Shown here piece after piece: positions 39,045 to 51,800 of a stretch of 64,000 nucleotides of DNA. The DNA is taken from positions 91,016,001 to 91,080,000 of the forward strand of contig JAGIQG010000003.1 of the NCBI GenBank assembly GCA_024679065.1. Direction: 5' to 3'. The notes below the pieces were generated by a model, which saw only the letters and a list, made by a program, of their open reading frames with translations, searched no databases and had not been told where the DNA came from. Numbering within the stretch: position 1 is the first letter of the stretch; every line of letters begins with the position of its first letter. The stretch is from Sphyrna mokarran (taxonomy: Eukaryota). Made by a program: the position numbers and the translations under genes.

Positions 39045-39132
39045 CTCACAACACCAGGTTAAAGTCTAACAGGTTTTTTTGGTAGCAAAAGCAAAAGCTT
39101 TCAGAGCGCTTGCTGCCTCTTTGTCAGATGAA
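39045..39132. mobile_element. Short PLE terminal fragment
   Basis: CTCACAACACCAGGTTAAAGTCTAACAGG...GGTAGCAAA, matching the 7580 and 25411 arms. Confidence 0.75.
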
Positions 39133-42100
39133 GAACATGGAAATAATTGGCTTTTCCCAAATTTCAATAATTGGAGTCATAAAATCTTATTTATTATTAT
39201 TTATTAATTGTTATTATTATAGTTAAAGGGTTTCCTTACACAGAAGGGCATTTTATCTCAAAATATCTTTTCTATCTCTGGAAAACTGCATAGTATTGTT
39301 GTATGATATATATGCCTGGATGCTGTTGTAACGTAAAAGTGCTTGATGAAGCAAGGATTAATGTGGGATTGGAGAATAGCACGACCATAGGGCCATATAG
39401 AATGTATAAGTCACTTGGTAATAGACTGTAGAACATTCTAGAGAAAAAACAGCCTGCATGGAGCAGCACTATGCATGATAAAAGTAATTGGGATCTGTAC
39501 ATAGTTAAAGACTAATAATAAATGGTTCTGGTTTAGGCACTAGAAATTTCAAGATGTCATCTCTGAGACAAAAAATTAACTTATTATGCAACAAGGTGCT
39601 CAGCTTTGGCACCATAACATATCAAGTACTCTGCAAATACAAACTTTTAACCAGAAGTCCTGTAGTTTCTGAATAAGATTTACAACTTAGTGCTAATATA
39701 AAGCTAATTTTATCCTTTGTGCCCATATTCAGTAAAAAAAAAGGTTAAATCAGGATACTCATAACAAAAGAGAGAGTTTACACAACGTCAACCCTGGTCT
39801 GGTCTCAGGGAAAATGGTGGAAGAATGGCAGTCTCCTCATTTTTGTTTGTTTTAAAATCAATCTCCACCCATTTCTGGAAATAACAACTTGTGTGTGCCA
39901 TATTTCCTGCGCTTCTGGAACACTTTGGCTGGAATTTTCTGGCCATTCATGCCGATGGGATCTTTCAGTGCTGCCAATGGTACAGCCACTGCAGATTTCC
40001 TGAAGACGAGGGGTGCATTCAATGGTAAACATAAAAGCCTTTAAGGGGAAACAAATGGGGAAGAAAGAAATGGGAATTTAAGATTCTAGATGAGATAAGT
40101 TGGAGGATGGTTGTGTGGAGCGTATGCACCACATTGATCAATTGGATTGAATGACTTATTTTTGTGTAGCCCGTTCTGTTCAACTCTATGTGACAGATGT
40201 GAATAAAACTGCAATAAAATCAGATTTAAAAATATTGGTTTCACAAGAGTATGATTATCTATATATACATTAAATTAACATTTAATGGCCTCATTAAAAT
40301 TTTGTAGTGGATGGCCTTAGTCCTGGCTTGAACTTGATATTTTACCCACTTCTGTGACTCAGCTGAATTGAAATCATGTAGTTTAAGCATATGGAAGGTA
40401 TTCAATTTCCCTGAATGCTTCAGTACAATTTAATCAGTTAAACTGCTAAAATACATCTACTTTGCTTCTTGCGCTCCAATATTCAGTTTGTCAGAATTAA
40501 TTTATGTATATCCAAAGGATGGATTTTAAGATTTTTGAAAAGCATAGTTTTTTTAACTTGTTTATTGCTGCCAAGATTATGTACAATTGAACCTTTTTGT
40601 TGTGTCCTTCATAAACATCAATAAGCATATTTCACAAATTTTATCTTTCCTCATTGTAATTTGAGTTCATAGGTTGTTTTGAGCAAAGTTAAAATATGAC
40701 AGAAAATACAAAATTCTAATTTCTGTACTGTAATAGGGAGAGATGGATAGAAACAAACAGAGGCTTTGTCTTCCTAATCTGAGTTACCTTTTCAAAACTT
40801 AAATTGCATTTTGAAAGCATGTAATTCTCTTTGAGGTAAATGTACAAGGAGGAAATAAGTCAAAAGTGAGGGGTCCCTTTTTCTTATAGTTTTCCTTGGC
40901 AAGATGGACGATTGAGGTGAGGACATACTAGAGAATTAATAGTGAGATGAATGATAGTGGCATAAAGTGTACAGGAATTGAACGGGTTGCTCCAAGAATT
41001 AGAGTAATGAGGGAGTGTTGGGTAGTTGGGCAGAGTGAAAATTGAAAAATTATTGGAGATGCACTGTATGCAGTAGGGGGAAGGGATAACAAAGAGGCTG
41101 CTGAAAGTCGCAGTCTACATTTTCCTCACAATTCACAGTGGCTTCTTCATACCTACAAAATGCCATGCCAAATAGTAGCTCCCATCTGTAAGGGACGAAT
41201 CAGAGACCAATGAAAAGAGAAGAGGGCAGAGAGAGAAGTAAAAATATAATAAAAATATAATAGTGCAGGTGCTGAAAATTTGAAATAAAAACAGAAAATC
41301 TGGAAAACTCAGCAGGTCTGGCAGCATCTGTAGAGGAGAAACAAAGTAAATGGGGGCAATTCTCCCAAAAGTACTGAATTGGCTGTTCTGACAGTTCAGC
41401 TTCTCACCCACATCTCCACGCTCTGTGCAGTGCAAAGGGCCCAGTCGTGAATATTTTTAAATGTTCAGGGGAGGGCAGGCCCAAGAGCCTGAAATCAGCA
41501 GGATGATTGGGAACTCTTGCTTACACACATCGCTGGGAGATCGTGGTAAAGTCCTCTTAGCATCTAAATCACCATATACATTGCTGGCTTCCACAACTTC
41601 CCCCCTTTCCCCTTTTCTGGCCCCAGAAATTCTGACATTTCTGGCCTCATCATTGGCTCCAGCCCCACATCACCACCCCTGGCCTCCACCCCTGCCTTCA
41701 TCGCCATCTCCTACAACCCTCCCACAGAAACATTGCTGGTTTCATTGTTGTCTCCCAAAACCGTCCCACACAGATAACCCCCCTCCCCCACCCCCACCCA
41801 ATCTCCTCCCACACACAGTCATGGCTGCCTACTCATCTCATGTCCCCATCAGCATTATCTTCCATCCCTTGAACATACTGTCTTTACTGCTGTCCTGCAG
41901 AGAACTAGACATGCGTAACCCCAGCTTGTGATCATTCCCTCTCTTGAATGGGAGCCTTGAGTATTCGACGCCCCTCCATCCTCCGGACACAGCAACCAAT
42001 CGATTAGAAGCCCTGAGTATTGCACCACTCCCCTGGACATAGCAGCCTATTGAATGGCAGCCAATCAGCACCCTGAGGGATGAATGACACTCAACTGAAT

Positions 42101-42239
42101 GCAGCCTTCAAAATCTCTCTCAAGAATTTGTTGCCAACAGCCCCTTGACTGGCTGCACTCACTACACCTACACTCCCCTAATAAGCCAGAACGGTATGTA
42201 AGCTGCAGGAATGGACACACAGCCAATCATGCCATAAAG

Positions 42240-44179
42240 ATGGCTGCTTGTAAATCAGCTCCCAGATTTTCTGAGGCAGATCAGGAGCACTGCTCAATGC
42301 CGTGGAGGAGAGGCATCATCGTCTGTTCCCTGGCCAAGGCCCCAATCCAAGGGGTGCCTTTACCCATGGCATTGTGGGAGGAGGTGGCAGAAGGGGTGAA
42401 TGCCAGGAGCCTGACACAGCGCTCTGGCAGGCAGTGACGCAAAAAAATGAATGATGTTCTGTGAGCAGCAAGGGTAAGTGAGCATCCCTGTTGAACTGCA
42501 CACATGCTTGGCCTGGATCTCCAATCCTACTTAGATACCTGAAGGCCATGCAACAAGTGATCCTTCTCCCAGGAACAGAATCTAACCCATTCCCCTTACC
42601 CCTCAGCAAGTACCTTCCAGTGGTGACCCCTTTCCCTGAAGCTGTCAGCACAATGCAATATGTTAATGCTTGTCATCCACCTTATGTTCCACAGGAAAAG
42701 AACATCCACAATGCACAGACAGGTGGTGGTGTGCCTGACCTGCGGCAGCTGAGTAGCATGGAGGAGCATGCCATAGAGTTGGCAGGGTGGGGTGATGGAC
42801 CATCCAGAATGGTCACCGGCAGTCAGGTCAGTGACCAGCATGCAAGTGAGCAGAAGTGCACCCTCAACCTCAGTCCTCCTCTAAGTAAGTGTGATGCTGC
42901 ATGGAATATTTTGCCTCCCTCTCCCTAATGTGTATTCTTTTTTTCCAGTTCTGGATCCAGAGGAACCTGGCCCTTTGGATGGTGCCACCACCCTGCTGCT
43001 CTGGAGCAAACTGCCCACGACTCTCTGGATGACACATCGGATGGAAGCACTGAAGAATCCTCCGAGGGCAGCACCACTGAAACGTCACCGGCACTTACCA
43101 CACAACCCACCAATAGAGAGACGATCCCCATGATGGTACCTTGAGTGGATCATGATCTGGTGAGCACATCACAGTTTCTGATGCACGTCGGGTGGAAATG
43201 GGCACATTCGGAGGCTCGGGCACAGAGAGGTTCGCTGGAAGCCAGGATCCAACTGTCCCCAAGCCAGCTGCTGAGTCTCTGGGTTTGTTCCTCCCAAGAC
43301 TGGTGAAGATGCATCAGGAAACCCAAGGAGTTGTGGAAGATCTGTCAGCAACCATGCTGCAACAGCAAGGCTGTTTAGGGGAGTCAAACAGAGTGCTATT
43401 GCAGGAGATGGTGCCGACACAGTGTGATACCCAGGCCAACGCTGCAAGGCTGGCAGTGGAAAATCTGGCTCAGGGATCTATCCTCATCCTGGAGACACTA
43501 CGGGTTATGGGTGGGTGTGTTTCCAGCATCCTGGAGGCACAGAGTTCGATGGTCATGGGTGTCAGTGGGAAACACTGCTGGCCATGGCTGAGACCATTGC
43601 TGGCTTTCTGAAGATGCAGCAGACCGTAGCTGTGAGCCCAGGCTCAGATGGCTATTGCAGAGCAACTCCAGAGACTGGCTTGCTCACAGAATGCTGTAGT
43701 GGAAGTACTCCAGAGCTCGGCTGAGTCTTACCGGGCCAGGGCTGAGGAATCACAGACCATGATGCAGATGCATCTAGGCATCCAGGACTGGCAGAATCAG
43801 ATGATGCTGGAGTTTAGTCCCCTACTGTGGCATATCCTGGAATGCCCTCCAGGGCTTCAGGGTACCCCAAAGGAAGAGGAAGGCTTGAGCCGACATCGAG
43901 GTCTTCCACCCACGAAATTCCGCATGTCCAGAAAACTACTGATTCCCCCTTTACGTACAGTGGGGCATCTTGGGATCACTGAGATGAATAAGGTGGCATC
44001 GAAACAGTGCCATCTGCAAGTCAGCTAGGCCCTTCTGGGTCCCAGCCACCCGGCAACGTCCACCAAGGGCATCACAGGCAACGGGGCATGCACCACAGCT
44101 GGATACCCCCAACTCTGATGTGCGTCCCGGGCTAGCGCTGAGGAGAAGCAGTAGACAGCACAAAGTTAGAAAGTTATAG
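42240..44179 (+). pseudogene. Harbinger Myb/SANT-like (NAIF1/MSANTD-type) DNA-binding protein gene, 3 exons, disrupted
   Basis: MAACKSAPRFSEAD...LWEEVAEGVNARSLTQRSGRQ*RKKMND; donor GT 42474, acceptor AG 42693-94; exon 2 QTGGGVPDLRQLSSMEEHAIELAG; donor 42846, acceptor 42947-48; Q/E-rich coiled region; basic end RRSSRQHKVRKL*; AATAAA 44247. Confidence 0.85.
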
Positions 44180-44799
44180 TTCACTAGAGGGCATGAGTGA
44201 AGGTCAGCGTTAGTCAGGGTTTGGTAATAATTTATGTTGAGAGTACAATAAACTGTTAATTACGCATCAAGCTGTGACTAATGTGTCTCTGATTCTCTTC
44301 CCCGCCTCCACAGTTCAGTGTTCCCGACTCCCAAACATAGAGAAGTTGTTTGTTGAGCCTTGCAGACCCAGCCCATGTTTCAGGGTGTATGCCCTACTTC
44401 CCTCAATATCCACCAAACCCTTGGTGCAAGTGCCTACCCTCTCTCTCAGCCAAAAACATGTTCCCAACCCTCACAGCTACATAGGCCTGGGTGGCAGTGT
44501 GCATTCGGAGTACAGGTAGGAGTCAGACTTGAGTTGTACCAAGGGCACGATCCCAATGCGCACAACAGTGAGTTAGCGTCATCTTCCAGCCCTCAACCAA
44601 AACTCTCAACCGTTGCCAGCCCAGGCACATTAATAAGGTTGAATATTTTGGGGAAAAGGGCGGTGGGATAACAGGAGCAGGGGAAGGGTAATGTGATGGT
44701 TTGAAGGCTCCAGGTCGGTTTGGAGGGATATAGCGGCTGCATTTGCTCCTGGGGTGTGATGCGTATGTATTGGTTGCATCCCCCTCACTGCACAGAACC

Positions 44800-46060
44800 A
44801 GCAAGGTGAAGCGGGATGCAATCAAGGCTCCCTCATTGCCCTTCCCTTCGGACACCTGCCATCGCTGTCCACCCTCTTTTTGCCGGCTCCTCATGCTGCG
44901 GGGCACTCAGCTCGCCCCCTGTCTGTTCCTCCTTGTCCTCCTCCCCCTCCTTCTGTAGCTGGTCTCCCTGCTGCTGGGTGATGTTGTGAAGAGCTCAGCA
45001 AATGATGATGATGCATGAAGTATGTACAGCGTCATACAGGAGGGCCCCTGTACAGTGGTCCAGACAGTGGAACCGCATCTTCAGCAGGCCAATGCACTGC
45101 TCAACAATGGACCGGATGGCTATATGGGCCTCGTTGTACCAGGTCTCCGCCTCAGTCTTGGACCTACATAGAGGCATCATCAGCCTTGAACTTAGTGGGT
45201 AACTCTTGAAACACAGTAGCCATCCTGGGAGCCTGGGCTGGTCTTCAAAGAGTCCAGGAATGCCCGACTACCGGATCACAAAGCTACCATGGACACTATC
45301 TGGGTGGTGTGCATGATCTTGAGCCAATGGTTGCAGACAATTTGAACGTTTAGGGAGTGGAACTCCTTCCAGTTCACAAATTGCTGTGGCCCTACATGGG
45401 AAGCCCACAATTCAATATGCATGCCATCCACTATGCCTACACATTTGAGATCCTGACGATGGATGTGAAGTCGAGAACCCGGGTCTCCTGCTGTGCATGG
45501 CCCACCTTGAAATTAATGAGCTGCCATGCCCGGGCATAAAGGGCATCTGTGACCTGTCACACAGGTCTGTGTATGGAGGTCTGAGAGATACCAGCTAGTT
45601 CGTCATTGGGAGCCTGGAATGAGCCAGAATCATAGAAATTGAGGGCTGCTGTCACCTTCATGTCAATGGGGAGCAGGTGACAGCTACTCCCCTGGGGTGC
45701 CAGATGTGAGAGCAACTCACAAATGTGACACACAGTGGTCTTGGACAAGTGCAGCTGACGAAGACACATCTCCTCCAAGAGGCCTCGAAGGAATTGCGGG
45801 GCCTGTACTTCCTTGGCCTCAGCACCCTCCATCTTCTGTGCACCCTGTTGGGAGTCTGCTCACCTACCTCCTGGCCCTCAATGTCTGCTTCCTGCACTCT
45901 TTCTTGAGAGTCTGATGGTGGCTGCTTTTGCAGTGGTCTCTCCAGGCCCACCACCTCCTCAGCTGTCGCCTCCTCCTCTCCCAAACACCACCGCACTCCC
46001 CACCCCCCAAAAAAAAAGCTGCTGCCACCAATATGGCCACTCCAGATCGAGCAAACTGAG
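44800..46060 (-). pseudogene. Harbinger HARBI1-like DDE transposase, frameshifted
   Basis: LPIDMKVTAALNFYDSGSFQ...GISQTSIHR, GIVDGMHI (first D), GWLCFKSYPL (second D lost), YNEAHIAIRSIVEQCIGLLKMRFHCLD...ALHN. Confidence 0.92.
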
Positions 46061-48887
46061 AGTTATCTGTGCAGTGAGATTTGGAAAGAGCGTAGAATGA
46101 TGGTTTATTACCATTGGCTGCATTGACCCAGCACCAACCCAATCCCTCACTTGGACCAGAATCCGCACTTGTGGAAGCTGGCAATGCCAACAATCTGTGG
46201 TGCCATGCATGGCCCGATTAGGGTCATGTGAGATTCCGATCATGACAAATGCTAGCACAGATTATGCAGGTTTGGTGTACAGATGTGGGCAATGCGCAAC
46301 CTTGAGTCATTGCATGTGTGCAATTGCAGCATGTGTTAAGGCATGTGTTATTGGTCCCGGTCACAGGGCAGGGACAGCTGCAAATCAGCACCAGATGTGT
46401 GCCCTGTGACAGCAGATTCTATGCAGTCCATGTCTGAACCTCTGTACTCCAGCCTGGAGCAGCAGCTGCTTCATCTGGTTAGGCCTCAGTCAGTACACGT
46501 ACACTCGTACTTCACCCCAGAACACCAGTGGAGTCCCTGACTTTACCCTGTGGAAAGAAGATGCCACTGCAAAGTGCAATGAGGGGTGGCGGGGAGCAGG
46601 AGCTCTCGAGGTTGCCTCTCATAATGTGCTTCAGTGCTGCTTGGAGGTGGGGTGTGGTGGGGAGCTGGAGCACTTGACGCTGTATCTCACACTGTGCTTC
46701 AGCGCTGTTTGGAGAGGGAATGGGTGGTGGGGAGAGCAGGAGGCCTCGAGGCTGCTTCCCACTGTCAGCTTCAGCGCTGCTTGTGGGGCGGTGGGAAGGG
46801 GGGGGGGGGGGGGGGGATAGGTAGGATAGGTGGGAGTGGGACTCCCTGACGGAACCTCACCCAGGAAGCCGTGAGGAAATGGAGGCCTCCCTGAACCTCC
46901 CTTCCCCAACCTCCAGATGTCACTTGTCAATGGGTCAGAACTGAAGGCAGCAGGAGGAAGGTCATCAGGCATCTCCAGGGCCTGCCTGCAACAACCCCCA
47001 TGCTCCGCTAGCAACACTTATCTCCTCACATCCGTTCAAGACTGCTATGCCAGGTCGCGACTTTTAAATACCTAATCTAAATGCGTCAAAATTACAATAT
47101 GCCAAAGAGGTGGGGGACGCAAATTGCTATGTGGATTCCGAAAATGATGCGCCAAGGTAAGTAAGCTCATGCTAAACAGTAGCCTGCCGGTTTTCAGTGG
47201 GTTCCTGGTGATGCCATATTTCTCTGGTTGGGAGATGCATCTGGGTTAGAAAGAATGTCGGAGAACCCGCAAAATAGCCAACAAACACGTCTTCCAGCCA
47301 GACTTGGCTGAAAAGTGGTGGGACATGATGGGAGAATAGCAACCAATGTTTCGAGTGTGTCTGACTCTTCTTCAGGGAGATTATATTAGAGAAAGTAGCA
47401 GAACATGTAGAGAGAAAGAGAAATGACTAAACAGAGGTAACGGGGCAGATAAAGGGAATACCATATTCATTTACTTACTGCCACGGAAAATGCAATAAAG
47501 ACGGTTTTCATTTACAAATTTCACTGTCACGGAAACAAAACAAAACACCACAGAACACTGTTTCATAAGAAATTGTCCTGACTTTGACACATAACTTCCT
47601 GGTTCCCCAGTGTTGGAATTGGGGGATACCCCAAAGATGCACTGAGAAATCCCTCTTGGAAGTTCCCAAATGGGAGTTTACTTTGCAATTGTCCAGAAAA
47701 GCTAACTTCACCTGAACAATAGTGTTGGGTTGGGAACTATCTGACAAAGTGACAACTTGGGATGGTTTTGCCAGTTATATCTTGATAGTTGGTCTGAAAA
47801 TTAGAAGGGAAAAAAAATAACTTCTAACTCTAGACTAACTATTAAAATACCAAAACTGAGCCTCACATGGACACCTCCATACATGACTGCCCCAGCAGAT
47901 TCCCCATTCCACCCCCATCCATGACCTGATCTCCCAGCTTGCTTCAGCATCACTCCAAACACCACCAACCCCATTCGACAACCCCCTCTCCTGTTCCAAC
48001 GCCCCACTTCTGGTCCAACTCAACCACACCCCACCTCGCAGCCTCTAGGCGGCCCAATCCGAATCTCTCTTCCAGTCTGATCCAAACACCTCCCATATCC
48101 TCCTCATTACTGTTCACCTCCTTCCCCCATTTTGATCCAATCCAGCCCACTTGGCTCTCCCCTCCTGGTCCCACCTGACCTAACTCCCACCCCCCGGGAC
48201 CCTTCTGGCCCATCCCAATCTCCCCACGATTGTCTGAAGCACTTACCTTGAAAACTTACCTCCAGTTAAATTGTACCTTTAAACATTTCCTTTACAGCAG
48301 CTAGTAGGTAAAAAGAGGGTGTTCCTTTCTTCTCTGCATCCAAGTTACTCCTTGCTGGGGTGCTTCACTGCTCCCATCTCACCCATCCTGAGTGAGGAAT
48401 ATTGGGCAAGACTGGGCCTTTGCGATTGCAGCAAAAGTAAGTCCATTCAGAGTAATGATCCACTGGAGATTATCAAGATGACAAACTCCTTTATTCCTTA
48501 CTCAACAGATAACAGCCCTATTGTTATGAAATAGCATGACCTCTCACTCCATGAAGATTCACTCATACATTGGGCTACAATCAGTGATCCTAAGGAAACT
48601 ATAAGCATTCAGAAGCTATGTGAAGTGTCATTCAGATCAGAACTAATCCAACCTGACCAATAACCGTCCCATCAGTATACTCTTGAAAGTAATGGAAGGT
48701 GTCATCCTCAGTGCTATCAAGTGGCACTTACTCAATAATAACCTGCTCACTGATGCTCAGTTTAGGTTCTGCAAAGCTACTCAGCTCCTGACCTCATTAA
48801 AGCTTTTGTCCAATAATGGACAAAAGAACTGAACTCAAGAGATGAGATGAGAGTGACTGCCCTTGACACCAAGGCTACATTTGGCTG

Positions 48888-51800
48888 TGTTGCAATCCCA
48901 GTTAACGTTACAACTGGATAGAAAGATCCCAGAATGGAACCCTGGCTCAAAAGACTATAACATTTAACAAATGCGGAGAAATAGACTCTCAGAACTGCTA
49001 ATTAGTTTTAACAACAAGAAAAAACAATTTATAGAACATAAAAAAGTTGGACTGTAATACGATATACATTTACTTTTACTTTGGCTTAAAAAGTACACAG
49101 TTTTTAAGATTAATGTGGATGATAAAGTATATTTGAAGCTACAATGGTCTCATTAACATGCAAAGTCCCCTAGAAGCACACAAGATGATTGTGGTCAATA
49201 CACATTCCTCTCTGAACCCAGGTTAGTGTCTTTGGTTTTCTTCTTTTTTTGAGTATGAGCTCTTTTTGATTGAGCTAATGATTGCCTGTCCAATCAGGAA
49301 ATCTCACCTGTATATATAATGAGAAGTGTCAGGTTTATTGATGATTTTAGGAGTGGAAATAAGTTTGGAAATAAAGGGAATTTGGTGAATGAATATCAGC
49401 CTCTGAAGAGTTATTTCAGTGGAGACAAGGAAAAAGAATGACCCTAAGGATCTTGCTTGCTAATAGGTGACTTTGTTTGATGGTAAACCATTTTCAGGCA
49501 TCCTGCCTTCGTTGGGGAAACTGAACTCTTTTGACCCTGCTGCGGAGGACTGGGCCCAGTACATAGAATGCATGCATTACTTTTTTAGGGCTAATAACAT
49601 TGTGCTGGATAAAAAGCAACAAGTCATTTTTCTGACTACTTGTGGACCATTGGCATTTGCCATCATTGGCATCTTAACATTCCTGGTGGCACCAGATATC
49701 AAAACCTTCCAGGAATTGATGGACCTGGTGAGGGAATGTTATGACCCTAAACCAGCTTTGATGCTTAGAAGATTCTGGTTTTACTTGGCGCTTGGGAGAT
49801 AGGGGAATCTGTTACAGGTCTCCTAACAAGGTTGAGACAACTGGTGGAAGCATGTGAATTTGGGTTGGTGCCTAATGAGATGCTTAGAGACCATTTGGTA
49901 TGCAGATAAATAATGTATCTATTCAGAAACACCTGTTGGCTGATGCCCAACTGCAGTTCAAACAGCTGGCCTTATTGTTGGAAAATACTGCAAGTGGAGC
50001 TTATGAGTTGCAAGGTATCCTGATGGAAGTGGACATCCATGCCAGTTTGACTGAGTTTGGGGACCAACACTTGAGTGCAGGCGATTATGTAGCCTTCCTC
50101 AGGAAGTATCCAGATACAAATAAACCCAGGTCTGCTCTCAGTACAGCCCAAAGTAAAGTCAAACTTTGACTAGACAGTCAGCAGCTACTTTAGAATCTAT
50201 CCTGCAAGACATTGTAATTGTTAGCAGTATGCAGAGTCAGAACAGCAAAGCAAGATTTCAAGACCTAGATTTAGGAAAATGACACATTAATCTGTTCGAT
50301 CTTTCAGAGAACAATGGAAAACATGTTACAAAGTTTACCCCAGCTGGCCATTTATCTGGATGATGTTCTCGTCACAGGTAAAACAAAGGTGGAACACATA
50401 CAGAATCTGGAGGACATTCGTATTATTTTTCAAGGGTCAGTGAGCACCTAAAAAGGAAGAAGTGTGTCTTTGTGCTGTTCAAATGATGCATCTGGACTAC
50501 AAAGTGGACAAGTTGGATCTGCATCCTTTGGGCAATCAGATGTGGGTGATTAAGGATGCTCAGCTCTCACATCAATCCAAGAATTATGGTCATTTTTAGA
50601 GCTGGTGATGCACAATGGAAAATTTATAACCAAACTGAGCCTCCATCTTAGTTCTGCTACATCTACTGTTAAAAAAGGATCAAACTGGAGAGTGGCCTGC
50701 TCGTCAACACCTGGCTTTTAGGACAATAATTCAACAGCTGTCATCATTCATTGTCTTAGCACATTATGATGCTCAAAAAGAATTAAAGCTAACCTGTCTC
50801 CGTATAGCATTGGGGTGGTACGTAGATGGTTAAAGAGGAAACAGAATATGCCAACATGAAAAAGAAGGGTATTTGGAATGGAAAAATTCCATCAATACCT
50901 TGCATGGACAGAAAATCATAATTGTCACTGGTCACCAGCCGCTACTGGGCCTTCAAGAGAGACAGAGCCATCAATAGCAACTGCTCATATCCAGAGGGCG
51001 ACATTATTATTTGCTACCTACAACTGTCAGTTGGAACATCAGCCTTGAGTAGTTTGCCATTAGCAGACACTACACCAATGGTAATGACCATGAATTTTCT
51101 GGGTACCCTCCCAGTGGCCGCACATAATGGATGAGGACATAACAGTGGTTGTGGGTCGGTGCCCACAATGTCAGGACAAGGACAAAAGTTACCATCAGCA
51201 GCTCCCTACACCCATGGGAATGCTGTGTAGACCATGCACTAGGCTGCAAATGGATTATGCAGGCCCATTCATTGACTTTATGTTTCAGATCATAGATAAT
51301 ACCCTGTCCAGTGGATGGATATCCATAAGGTGTATTTTGCAACCACAACAGTAGCAGTAGAGAAATTCCACACCTCTTTTTCAGCACATGGAATCCTGGA
51401 AGTGATGGTCTCTGACATTAGAGCCTCTTTTGCCAGCCAGGAGTTCCCCAGGTTCATGAAGTCGAGTGGGCTTTGACATATCAGGATGGCACCGTACCAT
51501 CCATCATCAAATGGTTTCGCAGAGAGAGCAGTCCAGACTTTACAAGCTGGTTTTAAAAAAAAAGTCAGCAACCTCAGTGAACACCAAGATCCTTCATTGG
51601 TTATTTGATTATAGGACAACCATCCTTGCCACCAGGGGAATGGATCCCTCAGGATTGCTTATGGGCAAATGACTCCACAGTAGATTGAGTTTGATTTTCT
51701 TGAAGATGGGGGACGGGGGGCATGGGGGGTGTGGAGGTGGAACATAGCAAAAAGCCCAATGGAGAGGCCATGACTACAGCATACAGGAGAGACAATTGCA

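Larger units (their letters stand above)
41352..47344. mobile_element. Full-architecture PIF/Harbinger DNA transposon (decayed autonomous copy)
   Basis: TIRs GGGGGCAATTCTCCCA / TGGGAGAATAGCAACC (13/16 match), 3-bp TSD AAT (41349-51 and 47345-47), convergent Myb and transposase genes. The flanks rejoin into one short repeat. Confidence 0.92.

Noticed and set aside
44800-46060. Domesticated HARBI1 gene (with NAIF1-like partner)
   Set aside because: Frameshifts, stops, a lost catalytic Asp and enclosing TIRs/TSD indicate a dead transposon.
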